DNA of 63,137 nucleotides, filler included, from Octopus bimaculoides (GCF_001194135.2; 3 parts of 3 records of this genome joined end to end with filler, not necessarily neighbours in it), one strand, 5' to 3'. Numbered from the whole stretch's first letter, positions 48,187-62,355 are shown. Program-made: numbers and translations. The notes: a model not told the origin generated them from the sequence alone.

Positions 48187-48434
48187 AAAATTTTTGCTGA
48201 CAAATTTTCTCAAGTGTTTGTGTTACGGTTTTTAATTGAATTCTTCATCTTTTACAAATTTCATTTCCATGAAAACATAACATTGACAGCAGCGAGCTGA
48301 CCGAATTGTTAGCGTGCCAGGCAAAATGCTTAGAGACCTTTCATCTGTCTTTACATCCTCTGTTGTATATGTATATACAAGTATGTAACTGTGTGTGTCA
48401 CAATGTGTAGGAAACTAATATGAAAAAAAAATGC

Positions 48435-49290
48435 GGGGAGAGGACTTCGGAAAATTCAGAAGCTCCAAACTTTTCCCTCGTAACTTTTTAGGAAAATGGG
48501 TTTTTTGCAATGAAATTTTATAGAAATACCTTTCAAACGGCATACATTACGATTATAAAGAAATTTGTGTGGAAAATCTTTTCCAAGGGGGTGGGGAGAG
48601 GACTTCGGAAAATTCCCAAAATCCGAGTTTTTCCCTCATAACTTTTAGGAAAATGGGTTTCTTTTTTCAATGAAATTCTATATAAATACCTTTGAAACGG
48701 CATACATTACAATTATGAAGTAATTTGTGGGGAAAATCTTGAGGTGGGGAGAGGACTTTTGGAAAATTCATAAAATCCGAATTTTTCCTCGTTATATTCC
48801 GAAATCAGATTCAACTTTCTACAGATACTCTAGCGGTAATACTACTACTACACTACGTAGTGTTTATTTCTACTCACTTTCAATAATTTTTAATGTTTTG
48901 GCTTCAATTTTGTTTCATTTTCAATTATTTTTATGCATTTTTTAACCCTTCGTCGTTATTCTCATTCACTCATTATTACTTTCTCTCACTCTCTATCTCT
49001 CTATATACATAGAGAGATAGATACATATATTATATGTTATATACATACATACATATATATATACACACATATATATATACACATACACAAACACACCCAC
49101 ATATATATATATATGCATTTATGAGGGAAAAAACTTGGATCTTGTGAATTTTCCGAAGTCCTTTCCCCACCCCACTGGAAAAGATTTTCCCCACAAATTT
49201 CTTTATAATCGTAATGTATACTGTTTGAAAGGTATTTATATAAAATTTCATTCGTTTCCTACACATTCTTTTACACCCATTCCAGTACTG
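48435..49290. repeat. ~153-158-bp tandem unit x2.3 (48435-48792) plus an inverted copy (~49120-49290)
   Basis: ggggagaggactt at 48435, 48593 and 48746; reverse complement at ~49150. Confidence 0.85.
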
Positions 49291-49383
49291 TTTGGGGATT
49301 TTCATTTCCGGGTCAAGACGTAAACATTAACCATATATAATATAATATATATATATATATCATCATATATATATATATATATA

Positions 49384-49483
49384 NNNNNNNNNNNNNNNNN
49401 NNNNNNNNNNNNNNNNNNNNNNNNNNNTTAATTAATTAANNNNNNNNNNNNNNNNNNNNNNNNNNNNNNNNNNNNNNNNNNNN
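49384..49483. other. Artificial assembly linker (44N-TTAATTAATTAA-44N)
   Basis: Same structure as 20208-20307. Confidence 0.95.
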
Positions 49484-51504
49484 AGATATAAACAATAATA
49501 AACCATAAAATATAATTTTATTTTTCAAAATGAAACAAAACAGAAAGATGGAAAATGTGGGGTTTTTTTTTTTTTTGTATACTTCCACTTTATATTTGAA
49601 AAAAAATTTTCTACGAGTCTTCGATCAGATCCTCGCTATGAGACCATGAACACTTTGAAGTTATATTTCCGATCATATAAACCACTTCGAAAAATCATTT
49701 TAGCAAGTTTTATAGTGATTTCTTCTGTGCTGTAAACCACTTACAACTTCTTTGGTGCCGCCCCACCACCACCACCACCTTCCCTTGATGCCTTAAGCAC
49801 GTGCTTATTTTGCTGGAGACCTAGTGAATGCTTGTAAGAGTGTAGACTCAGCTAAAGGCATCCAAAATGTCAGGTAGTGGTTTTAAACTGGACAACGGAT
49901 TAAGTTTACACCCATAAGACGAGATGATCTCATTGCAACTTCTTCGATAATTGCTGTTGCATAGAACTCTCTATTTATCGATGTAACAAACGATTATTGT
50001 GTTAATTCATTCATTATATTTCTCGTCTGACATACTGAGAGATCATTTATACTTCTTCCTAGAAATTCTATCGAGTTGTCTAGTTATTTTGTTTCTGATA
50101 TTAAAGAATTTGAATACTCCCTCCCTCTATTTATTTATTTATTTATTTGTTTATTTATTTATTTGTTTATTTATTTATTTATTTATTCATTTATTTTTAC
50201 AAACGAAAGAAAAAGTACTCAATAGATTTTGTAGAACATAATTATTTATGCACGAAGGGATGCGAAGTGTGAGGAAACTCTGAGTGCCGACGGCGCGTCG
50301 TGCGTGAATGTATGTATGTATGTATATATGTATGTATGTATGTATGTATGTACGTATGCATGCATGCATGTATGTACTTGAAAACTGGGTCTGATGGACT
50401 CTGCGAAAGAAACCTTCATAGTTGAACGGAGACAGGAGGCTGCTTCAACGCATTGTGGAATGCGCACAGCAAGATGAAGCAAATAAGACATTTTGGTCAC
50501 CCACGGCATCCGTCTCCATCACTAGTTGTCTTGCTTTGTCTTGCCACTGGATTGAAGATGGTTACAGACAAGAGAGTGGGGTAGACGGTGCGCAGCTCAT
50601 CTTCACTGTAAACAAAGCGGCACAAGTCATCAGTCATATTTAACGATGAGTAGATAATCCCCGTCATTCCGACGGAAGAAGATTGTATGTATGTATGTAT
50701 GTATGTATGTATGTATGTATGTATGTATAACAAAAATTCTTGAATCGGAAATCAAAGGGAACCAGAAACCCAAAGAGGGCTGTATACCAGTTAAAGAAAG
50801 ATAACTCTAGAGCAAATAGTTGTATTCTACAGATCTAATGTAAAATATTAAATTTGTAAACTACAGCCATGTATAACACACACACACACACACATACACA
50901 CACACACAAACACACACACACATGCACACACACACACACACACACACTATAGGGAGCTCTTAGTGTTCAACGCTTCACTTTTGTTTATCAAATATCGACA
51001 AATATCTGTTTTGCAGCCGCAGAAAAACTTTCTTGAAATTGCGACGTTGTGCAAGGAAAAATTTGTCTGCCGCGAAATGTTTTTAGTCTGAATGAGAATT
51101 ATTATCATTTGAGGGATAGTTGATTATTTTTGTATTTGGACTCTTAAAAAAAAACAGAAAAGAAAGCAGAGCCTCTTATGCGATTGCGCTAGATATAACA
51201 GTTAGATTTCCCACTAAACTCACTCTCCGATCTNNNNNNNNNNNNNNNNNNNNNNNNNNNNNNNNNNNCTGTATTAAAACTAACCACAGTACATCATCAT
51301 AAAAAAAAAAAAAACATTCTTTCGTGCCTGCTAAGCAAACTCAAAGTAGTTATATAAAGTGAGTGGCACGTTAATCCCTAATAGCATTGTTAATAACTTT
51401 GATAAGATCTCTCTTCGTAAAGAGTTTCAATATCCTTTACTGACCTGACCGCCAGTCCTTATTAGCTGAGTTGTTGTCGTTGTTATTGTTAGCTGACTTG
51501 TTAC

Positions 51505-51653
51505 CCGGGCCGACCCTAGGGTTGCTGGCGCCCCGGGCAAGCTGAACTTCGGCGTGTACACACTGACGGTTGTGGAAATTTCCTTGTCTTTGTCACGCCC
51601 TCCTTGGCGCCCCGAGCGACTGCCCGAGTTGCTGGTACCTTGAGCCGGTCCTG
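51505..51653. mobile_element. GC-rich hAT-type MITE
   Basis: Imperfect TIRs ccgggccgacccta ... ttgagccggtcctg; internal GGCGCCCC motifs; 8-bp TSD cttgttac/cctgttac (7/8). Confidence 0.7.
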
Positions 51654-51669
51654 CCTGTTACCACGTTGA

Positions 51670-51832
51670 GCAAAATACTAAGCAGCACTTCATGCGTTTT
51701 TACGTTCTGAGTTCAAATGCCGTCGAGGTAAACTTTGCCTGTCATCCTTTCGGAGTCGATAAAATAAGCACCAGTTACGCAGTGGGGTCGATTCAATCGA
51801 CTTGCCCACCTTGTGCCAAATTTGAAACCATT
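51670..51832 (+). mobile_element. SINE family A, 5'-truncated
   Basis: ttacgttctgagttcaaatgccgtcgagg...gtcgataaaataagcaccagtt. Confidence 0.8.
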
Positions 51833-52294
51833 ACAGTTAGCTGACCTGTACAGCTATCATCGTGTACAACCAAGACAAAATTTTAACGCTATATTTATGA
51901 ACTGTGCCTCGACCAAAATGGATTCTTAAAACTATAATTTCAAATTTTCGAATTAATACTAACATTTGTTGGTTTGGGAATTTTAAATTAAAAGTATTTC
52001 ATGTAGATTTTTACTACAAATGATGTATTGCCAACTTAGTTCTAAAACTTTGCATCAACGTTATGCCATAATTTGAGACTAATGGAATAATCATTTGAAA
52101 AAGCTGAATGTTGAAATATAATCGCAGGGTCGTCTGTTGAGTCAAGGATCCAAGTTTATTATTTCATCACCAGTACTGTTCTGTGTTTATGGTTAAGATA
52201 CTTTCAACAACAAACACCAGGAAAGGCTACAATAATTGGAAGCAGAAGAAACACTGTATAATTCACAATGGTTTCTGTTAGTTTGTAGTGTTAT

Positions 52295-52520
52295 GCTTGG
52301 ACCACATTATGAACGAGCGGGTTCTAGAAGCCATCCGGCACCATATTGGTCTTCATAAAAATCTTCTCATAACAGTTTAGAAAGGAAAACTGAGATGGTA
52401 TGGCCGTATAATAAGATCCACTGAGCTTATAAAAACCATTCTTTAAGGGACCATAGAGGGGGAAAAGAAAGAGAAGTTGACAGAAGAAAAGATGGACAAG
52501 CAATGTCAAGGAATAGATAA
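52295..52520 (+). mobile_element. RTE-clade LINE ORF2 C-terminal relic
   Basis: DHIMNERVLEAIRHHIGLHKNLLITV*KGKLRWYGRIIRSTELIKTIL*GTIEG, then a frameshift to KKRWTSNVKE; typical RTE KLRWYGH...GT..G..R....RW pattern, disrupted by stops. Confidence 0.75.
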
Positions 52521-52789
52521 ACAAAACAGATCTACAATATATCACGACGGTACCCCTACGACTCCATCATTAGTTGAAGGTGAAAGACAAGCAGTGTTTG
52601 CCGTGAGTGATGAGTTTGCAACTGGATGACTTATTCTCTGTACAATATATGAAGTAATAAAGAAGTATTCCTGCTTTACAACAAACCATTTACTCGCTTA
52701 TTTATTGATAGATTCAACAAAATATTAACAACGATACAGAACTTTACTATATAGCTTTCCTTGGAGTGAGATGCTTTGTGTAAAAATAT

Positions 52790-53540
52790 GAGATGGTAAA
52801 ATCATAGCGTGTCCGACAAAATGCTTTCAGGTATTTCTTCTGGTTCTTTACTTTCGGAGTTCAAATACGGCCGCGATCAACTTTATCTTTTATCTTTTCA
52901 GAGTCGATAAAATAAAGTACTTGTGAAGTACTGGAAGTGATTAACCCCTCCCTTTAAAATTGCTGGCCTTGTGTTAAAATTTGAAACGATTATTATTTTA
53001 GTCTTCGGAGTAATTAACTCAAACATTAAGAGCAAAATAAAATATCAAGAAATATTGAGTAATTAGAACCATCATTATTTTTGTCCTCATATAAGTCGGC
53101 GAGCTGGCAGAATCGTTAGCACGCCGGGCGAAATGCTTCGCAGTATTTCGTCCGTCCTTATGTTCTGAGTTCAAATTCCACCGAGTTCGACTTTGCCTTT
53201 CATCCTTTCGTAAATACCAGTTGCGTACTGGGATCGATGTAATCGACTGGCCCCCACCCCTCCCCAAAAATTTCAGACCTTGTGCCTGGAGTATAAAAGA
53301 TTATTTTTATCTCCATATAAGGCGGCGAGCAGGCAGAATCGTTAAGCACGCCGGGCGAAATGCTTGGCAGTATTTCGTCTGCCGCTACGTTCTGGGTTCA
53401 AACTCCGCCGAGGTCGACTTTGCCTTTCACCCTTTTGGGGTCAATAAATTAAGTACCAGTGAAACACTGGAGTCGATGTAATCGACTAGTCCCCTCCCCC
53501 AAATTTCAGGCCTTGTAGCTTTAGTAGAACGGATTATTTT
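52790..53540 (+). mobile_element. Cluster of three same-orientation SINE family A copies (52790-52995, 53095-53310, 53320-53540)
   Basis: Repeated head/B-box/body motifs. Confidence 0.85.
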
Positions 53541-54789
53541 TATCCCCATGTCACCCCCACCGATAAGACATAACCAAAGGTGTTCTATTGTTCAATGTGT
53601 TACGTGTCTTTCAAGCGGAAAAGGGACAAGGTGTAATTTGAGGAATATTTAGCTGCTTTTTTTAACAGCTCGAACGACTATGTGGAGCAGTGTTCCTAAT
53701 AGTGAGGGCGGCTAGACAAACTACCATGTTTAATAAAATTTAAGATCGTTTTAAGAATATTAAGCTTGTCTAACACCTTTATCAAAGAAAGAATTATAAA
53801 CGATGCAAACTATTTTGCATTGTTAATAAAGAACTGGGAGACGTCATCCAACATTTCCACTAACATTTGGAGGGAGGAATGGGCAAAAAATTTCCCTTAT
53901 CTTTTTGGTGAAGGTGTCTTTAAATTTGTGGCTGGATAGCGAAGTGGTGTTTACCAGTTTAAGAACAATTGTTAGAGAAACTCACTGGTTGGTTTAGCTT
54001 ATATATTTATTTGAAATTTTTAAAGAGAAAAAGGAAATTGTAGAAAGTTAACGGAAATGGGGTATTTGTGGAGTAAGTGGAACGAATTATAACGGATAAT
54101 GGAGGACTTACTTCTACTTCCCAATGTAAGAAATATGTTGCCAACCAACCAACTAACCAACCAGCCAACCAACCAAAGACTGAGTCTGCACGTGGACGCT
54201 CGACCTGTGAAAAGTAGCTTGCAAATTTCCCTCAAGTTATACCCTATCATCCGTTTTGAATAAAGGAAACACTGGATAATGAAGTCCCTGATATACGAAA
54301 ATGAGAAGAACACGTTTGGAATACTTTTTTGTCCATAGGTCTGGTTGGTTGTGTGTGTGTATGTGTGAGGGTGGTGGTGGCTAAACGGGTAAATAGCAAC
54401 AATCATCGTTAATAATTCAAGGCAATGAGAGTGCGCCCTTTTGGTCGTCACGCCTGCTAAATATATCAGTCAAATCACATCTTAAAAAGGGGATAGATAA
54501 TGTAGCCCTACACAGTTTCTAAGAGAAATTTCGCAAGATACTACAAGGCTCCTTTCGGGTCCCATCAGTAGGGGGTTCATCTCAAAATTCAAAAGAACAA
54601 CAAGTTTTTGTTTTCTTTTAAAGAGGACCCCATCAATATTCATAGGCCTCTCTTTAACTTTCAGATCAACGTACCGGCTGAGCTTGCTCTTATATGCTCT
54701 GGTTCAAGAAATGCCTGAAACTAAATAAAAAGCATGAATATTATGGTTTCAATCACGGTTGATCTGGGATTAAACTATAATACATCAAC

Positions 54790-54930
54790 CTTACGACTTG
54801 ACTTGTACTGTCCAGAGAGATAAAAGGCAACGTTGATATCGACAGGATTTGAATTTAGAACATAACGATTCAGAATAAATACTGTAGAGCATTTAGTTCG
54901 ACGCTCTAACAATTCAGTCAGCTCGCAACT
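54790..54930 (-). mobile_element. Diverged SINE family A
   Basis: gataaaaggcaacgttgatatcgacaggatttgaatttagaac...aattcagtcagctcgc. Confidence 0.65.
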
Positions 54931-56127
54931 ATAACAATAACAGTTGATAATTTTCAATACTTTTATAAAATCTCCAAGTTTATATTTGAATACAAAATGA
55001 TAATACTTACAACTAGTGGGAAATAACCTTCATTCCATTTCATCTGGGGTTATCGTCTGCTGATATTACGAAACGGTGCGCATTTTATGATGGCGACATT
55101 CGACGTGTGACAGTTGTTAACGTGCCTTACGACATCAGACGCTGAGGTTACATTAACACAGCGACTGAGGTATAGGGCAAATAACCAACCTTAAAACAAT
55201 ATAAGTCTCGTATCTCGTTCTCCTTTCAAAATATCACTTGCAACATCTTTTCCAGGTGATAGTTCCTGTACAACAGTACCATAAGCTCCGAACCTGTTTC
55301 AACTGATGTTATAAAAAGAAATAAACCTAACACATCTCCTCAGGTTAATTATTTCAATCGCATTTGTCCCGGGATTTGCTTTACCTTGGATGATAGAACC
55401 AAAAATTATAAATCAAGTATAAGATATATGACAGATTAACCACAACGTTGCTTACTCTTTAACTTACCTTTTAATATCGACACAATTCAGTCTTTCTTCT
55501 TTCGATTGAATCGCATAATTAAATAGACGTATCCGCGCGCGAGTATGACTTTACCATCAGACCTACGACGAAAGTATTCCAGCCATAACCATCGCCTCTT
55601 AGCTTCAATAAAAATGTAGCACTACGTTATCTATTGTGTGTTTATGTTAAATTATATTGTGTAACTTGGGGGTTATTTAGCTTCTATTTGCTGCATGTAG
55701 AAAGACTGTGTAGCTGTTCCCTCATTCATGGTAGGAAGTGATTTAGTTACTATTTCTAGCAGGTCGAATGACCACGAAAAGATTTCCTTGTTGGTTCATG
55801 GACATGTTGATCATATCAAGCTGCGATAAGCCACTCCATCTGGCCCCTGTAAACGAGAAAAATATGGCAGGTTACCTTAGTTTCGGCATCCAGGGTAGCT
55901 TCTCTCAAGAAGTGACTCTTATGTCGTATGTAGCGTTGGCTTTACAAAGGGGAGAAAAAAACATACATGTAGAGCAGAATCTACACATTGATCTTACCCG
56001 CTGACATTTGTACAGATTAGTCCGCTAGTCACTTTAATATCTTTAAAAACACTACACATTCTGTCCTAATGTCTTCACTCATTTCTTTGTTCCCATTATA
56101 TATTTCTGTATTTGAGTTCATAAGTGA

Positions 56128-56270
56128 AGGCACGTGGCCTAATGGTTAGAGTATTCGGATGACAATCATAAGGTCCTAGTTTCTATTCCTGAACCGGACG
56201 ACACGTTGTGTCTTTGAGCAAAGTTCTTCATTTCACGTTGCTCCAGTCCTCTCAGCTATAATGAGTACCA
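56128..56270 (+). mobile_element. tRNA-headed SINE 5' part (E/D-type core)
   Basis: ggcacgtggcctaatggttagag...gttgtgtctttgagcaaag..catttcacgttgctccag. Confidence 0.7.
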
Positions 56271-57564
56271 ACCGGCTGCTAGCACAGCTCCCACCTCTCT
56301 CTCTCTCTCTGTTCTTCCAATTTCCACATTCTTGATGTTTTGTTGAATCAAGAAAGATAGGGCGACACGAGAAGATGTCTATGTCAGCTGGAGATAACAT
56401 AGGTATCACAAAATTCTGATGGTGCACACTACTTACCAAGCGATAGTCGCTCGCGAATGACTGCTACCTGTGTTTGCAGTTCAAAGATACAAATATGAGA
56501 CCAGAGAGCGAATGTTACTGAGTAGTGTTTGATCGTCGCTCCTCTTAATTTCTAAAGCGATTCTGTGGATGTCTAGCCCCCAAGACAGCTCTGATCAAGA
56601 AGACCAATAATCAGAGAAGTTCCCACCGTGATCATCTCGCCTTATTGGAGTAAATTTAATCTGTTGTTAGGTTTAATACCATTACTTGACTCATGGGTGT
56701 CTTTAGCTGAATCTACTCTGTTGTAAGCATTCACCAGATCTCCTTTCAACCAAATTCGGAGACCCGACGAAGCCATAAAAAAATTTGATCCCTATTTAAA
56801 AAATAAAATATTTTAAAGGACGATTTGGCTGTTATTTCTAGTAAGGTGAACCGCCACACAAAAGATTTTTCATTGGTTCGTAAATGCTTCAGTTGAGTAA
56901 ATAACTGAGTTGAATAGGTCGTAATACAGACTAAGATTTCTTTGTTTAACGTAAATATACTTCTCCGCAATATTCTTATTTCAAAGAATTTGGTAACTTC
57001 TCTGCTATACGTGGCTGTTAACTAAGGGAGGCTTATTCGGGAAAAAGGCTGATGATCTGGCAGAGCAACATACTTTTGGTTTGGTGATTAGGAAATACGT
57101 ATGTACTGAAAAGACAAAGCACAATGCTATCAATAGTCACAACTAAACATAAACAGGTGTTTAGTACGTCAGTATACATAACACACACACACACATACGC
57201 GCGCGCGCAAGGAAATAGACGCACAGATGATGAGTTACATACAAATATACATACATGGGTACGGAAATGTGAAACATTACGAAGTAGTTGTATTTACAAA
57301 ATGTAGTCTGATTGTTTGGTATCTCGAATTTCTGAGTTCAAATCTGGTTCAAGTTAAACATCTTTCATCACTGAGGGTCGATAAAACAGTTTCTGTTTAA
57401 TCAGTAGGATGAGTATTAACTCGTTCTCAAGCCTTACAAAATTGTGCCAGATTGAGAGGGAAATCACGAATATATATGTACCTGTATTTTACGTGGGTAA
57501 ATCAGAGAGAAAGAGAAAGAACGAGTGAGTGAGACAGAAAGCCAAAGAAAGAACTAGAGAAAAG

Positions 57565-57613
<49 letters not shown>

Positions 57614-57704
57614 AAGGAATCGAATGTAGGAAGGAGAGAATAAGAAAGAGGAAGCGAGCGTGTGTAACATACAATGTAATTCGGTTGGGCTTAGGTGTAA
57701 ACAT

Positions 57705-57740
<36 letters not shown>

Positions 57741-58289
57741 CTAGGGTGGCTGAGGTTTAAATGTGGAGGCGAGTAAGAGGTAATAAGGCAGTGAGAACAG
57801 TTACAGATGACTAGTGTTTCTTCACTGACCGTGACTCATTAGATCAAGCCTGAGTTAGTCAGTGGCACGTGCTGTTGTGATAAACCTTCCTTCCTTCATA
57901 CTTTACTGACAACTCAACAGTTAGATATCTGTTGGTAACGCAAAGAGAGAGGAGAAGGAGGAGCAGGAAGAAGAGGGACTTACGGTGTTTTTTTTTTTCC
58001 TTTTCTCTTGTTATTTTATGCATATTTTTGTTTGTAATTTTTTCTTCTTAGTACTTTTGATTGTACTCTTTCACTCAGTTGACAACTCCTAAACAGCGTT
58101 TTTATTACTCATGTACACATATCAGCACGCTCACACATCACACATTATATAATCGACATTATATACACTCTTCTTATATAAGTGACATTATTATACATAT
58201 TTACGTAACTGACATATTATAAACACTTTTATAGACATGTTGCGCACACGCTCATGCATTACATAAGAGACATACTGACATAGTAGTGT

Positions 58290-58358
<69 letters not shown>

Positions 58359-59254
58359 NNNNNNNNNNNNNNNNNNNNNNNNNNNNNNNNNNNNNNNNNN
58401 NNNNNNNNNNNNNNNNNNNNNNNNNNNNNNNNNNNNNNNNNNNNNNNNNNNNNNNNNNNNNNNNNNNNNNNNNNNNNNNNNNNNNNNNNNNNNNNNNNNN
58501 NNNNNNNNNNNNNNNNNNNNNNNNNNNNNNNNNNNNNNNNNNNNNNNNNNNNNNNNNNNNNNNNNNNNNNNNNNNNNNNNNNNNNNNNNNNNNNNNNNNN
58601 NNNNNNNNNNNNNNNNNNNNNNNNNNNNNNNNNNNNNNNNNNNNNNNNNNNNNNNNNNNNNNNNNNNNNNNNNNNNNNNNNNNNNNNNNNNNNNNNNNNN
58701 NNNNNNNNNNNNNNNNNNNNNNNNNNNNNNNNNNNNNNNNNNNNNNNNNNNNNNNNNNNNNNNNNNNNNNNNNNNNNNNNNNNNNNNNNNNNNNNNNNNN
58801 NNNNNNNNNNNNNNNNNNNNNNNNNNNNNNNNNNNNNNNNNNNNNNNNNNNNNNNNNNNNNNNNNNNNNNNNNNNNNNNNNNNNNNNNNNNNNNNNNNNN
58901 NNNNNNNNNNNNNNNNNNNNNNNNNNNNNNNNNNNNNNNNNNNNNNNNNNNNNNNNNNNNNNNNNNNNNNNNNNNNNNNNNNNNNNNNNNNNNNNNNNNN
59001 NNNNNNNNNNNNNNNNNNNNNNNNNNNNNNNNNNNNNNNNNNNNNNNNNNNNNNNNNNNNNNNNNNNNNNNNNNNNNNNNNNNNNNNNNNNNNNNNNNNN
59101 NNNNNNNNNNNNNNNNNNNNNNNNNNNNNNNNNNNNNNNNNNNNNNNNNNNNNNNNNNNNNNNNNNNNNNNNNNNNNNNNNNNNNNNNNNNNNNNNNNNN
59201 NNNNNNNNNNNNNNNNNNNNNNNNNNNNNNNNNNNNNNNNNNNNNNNNNNNNNN

Positions 59255-59790
59255 NCATATATAAATACGCACATACATACACACACATATACACGCAACC
59301 ACCGCTTCACCTCCACGAGGCACACACGCAGACATCACCTCACATACGGGCACACACACACACACAGCATCGCTTCATCTACACAAGGCAAGCGCACACA
59401 CATAACCACTGCCTCACCTTACACGAGGCACCCCCACCAGTCACTCCTCCTACCCCCACATACACACAGTATCACCGCCTCACCTTAACACATTATCTCT
59501 GCATCACCTACACATGAACCAAACCATTATGCAGCCTCACCTATCTATACACAAACATACCTATTTATGTCCACACACACACACACATTATCACACCTAC
59601 TTACGCACACACAACCTCATTTACTCACACACACACCTACACAACCTCGCCATAAACACACAGTCAGAGCCTCACCTATACATATTTTACCCCACACCAC
59701 ACACTCACTTATAGGTAAATGTCACCAACACAAACTTAACCTAGCCATTGTATATAAACCAACAACCCATGTGAACGTGTGTGGGCAGTA
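59255..59790. repeat. Degenerate CA-rich low-complexity tract
   Basis: Direct reading. Confidence 0.85.
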
Positions 59791-60197
59791 GGAAAAGATT
59801 TCAGAGACGGAATTTCATCTCTTAGTTTGTTCTCAGTGATTAATTATTTAAAAGTGGAAAGTTTTTTTCTGTTAAACAAAGAAGAAACCACAGATCGGTT
59901 ATGATTCATCGTCTTTGGTTTGGCTTTTGGATTTTAAAGTATTTAAAATATCGGCTATGAGATTCACGTTAAGAAAACAGGAAACGTGATTTGAAATTGG
60001 AGGGAAAGTGATTGTTGTCGTTTAGTTTTAGCCCTTGGCCAATCCAAATTCAGCAGATGAAAAGTATTTCAATTTTGACCAACCCGTATTAGATTCTGAA
60101 AATTATACTTTAAAAACGGGTCGAGTGTGGTTTGAAGGAGATTCGGCAGCTGTTTCAAGCAGGTCGAAGTCTCATCGTTGGCTCGCAGCATGAATGG

Positions 60198-60586
60198 TTG
60201 ATCTTTTATCGTTTACTTGTTTCGGTCATTAGACTGCGGCCATGCTGGGGCACCGCCTTGAAGAACGAATCGACCACCAGTACTTATTTTTTTAAAGCAT
60301 GGTGCTTATTCTACTCATTTCTTAGCCGAACCGCTAAGTTATTGGGATGTAAACAAACCAGCACCGGTTGTCAAGCGGTGATGGGGGACAAAGATACACA
60401 CACGCACGCACGCATACATACATATATATGACGGGCTTCTTTCAGTTTCCGTGTACCAAATCCATTCACAAAGCTTTGGTCAGCCCGAGGTTATAGAAGA
60501 CACTTGCCCCCAGGTCCCACATAGTGGGACTGAACCCAGAACCAAATGATTAGGAACTAAGCTTCTTACTACACTATCACGCCTGA
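60198..60586 (-). mobile_element. SINE family B, full length
   Basis: Reverse complement of 4362-4722 and 7421-7800. Confidence 0.85.
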
Positions 60587-61924
60587 GAAAAGAATACAAG
60601 TAACAAAAACGATGTAGAAGCGCAGAATAATGAATTGCATTTTGGTTATTTCATTAGGCAATTCAATAATGATAATATTTTTGTCCGAATCATAGGGATC
60701 CATAAACACAGTGGTTATCCCCAGTTACCGTGGCATAAAGAGGATAGGTGTTAAATCTTCCAAGACAGAATGCTACTCTATCGCAAGTAAATTTCGCGAC
60801 AAAAATAACTGAAAACCAAAGTAATACTTATCTATTCTACAATATTACTGTTTACAGCCGTGAATTGTAACTATCCTACAGTACCTAGTTAAAGCAAGTG
60901 GACTGATCTATTGAAAAACTATCTTCGTATACGGAGGCACAACTAGATGACTCCTCAAGGAAATTATCTAGTATTCACCCAGTCGACAAAGTCAGCCACG
61001 ATCTTATTTAAATACTATACTAGACAGATAATTTTTCTCGCTTCGGTTCACTTAAATCATCGGAAATTCTATTTACGATTCATTGACAACCAATCCAAAG
61101 AAAGCAAGGAAGTTTCTCAACGTCCGTTTAACGTCAAGAAACCGGAACGAAGCAGAGGTCTTGAAGAGATAGTCCTTTGGTGGTAGAGGAAACTTAGTAG
61201 AGATAAATAGCTTTCTTTCATTTGGGAAAAAAAAAAAAAAAAAAAAGTAACTTAACCCGAGATTTATAGTTTGAGAAAGCGGTGATTTATTAACAGATAA
61301 AAATCTTGAATCATGGACTGGTTGTCTGCTTGATGTTTAACCCTACCCCTAGAACACCCGTATTGAGCAAACCTGTGATCAAGGACGTTCCATTCGTGGC
61401 TATCTCTTCTCTATTTGGTGTAGCTATGACTACATTATATAATGTCTCTTATTTTCAAGACAATAGAGTTCGATGAGGGAGAGGCTTGACAGTTATTTCT
61501 AGCAAATCGAGTGACTATACAAAAACTCTCGTAGACACGAATACATAAGACACTTGGGTGAGATCTGAAAGAAATTTGGTTGCTACTTCTTGCAGATTGA
61601 GAGTCTACGTAGATGCTTTCACATTGACTCGCAACGGTATGGTCGGTCGTTCCCTTTTGTCAGAAACGGAAACCAAGTTATGATAAATAAGGCTCATCGG
61701 GAATTTTACGTTTCCAGTGAATCACGAAGAGCGTTTCTTCTGTATATCTGATCCCTGTATCAGATATACATAAAAGGAGGAGTACAGTTTAGTCAAATGA
61801 ATAGGGTCCAATATATAACTGGTATTTTATTTCATCTATCTCGTAGCGTCGAAAAGCGAAGACGATCTAGAACGGTGATATTGTATCTGAGAACGGAATG
61901 GATGGAACTAAATATTAGTAAAAA

Positions 61925-62128
61925 AACTTTTGGCACAAGGCAGCAATTTCGAGGGAGGGCATAAGTCGATTACAACAACCCCAAACTGATATTTATTTTA
62001 TCAATCCCGTAAGCACAAAAGGCAAAGCTGACCCCGGCGGCATTTGAACTCAGAAGGTCAAATCGGAAGAAATGCCACGAAGCATTTTTTTCCGGGACGA
62101 TTACGCTTCTGCCAGCTCGCTGCCTTAG
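61925..62128 (-). mobile_element. SINE family A
   Basis: ggcaaagctgaccccggcggcatttgaactcagaa...ctgccagctcgctgcc. Confidence 0.8.
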
Positions 62129-62227
62129 GATGAAATTAAATACTGGAACTTCTTTAAGCCTAGACTCTACCAGATTCACTATTCTCTACCACGATGGGAA
62201 TCAATCCATCAAGATAGATCTCATGGA

Positions 62228-62355
62228 CGTATGATTAAGCTCGTTTGCAACCATGCAGTTTCGAGTTCGGTTTCACTTTGCGGAACCTCGGCAAGTGACT
62301 TTTACTATAGTTCCAAACCAACCAATGTTTTTGTGAGGGAATTTGGTAGATGTGT
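62228..62355 (+). mobile_element. SINE family B, diverged 5' part
   Basis: gagttcggtttcactttgcggaacctcggcaagtgacttttactatag...gaatttggtaga. Confidence 0.6.

Noticed and set aside
50400-50650. Possible Rex1/L2-type LINE 3' relic (DRRLLQRIVECAQ)
   Set aside because: Similarity limited to one short motif, with frames not joining; cannot be supported without a profile search.
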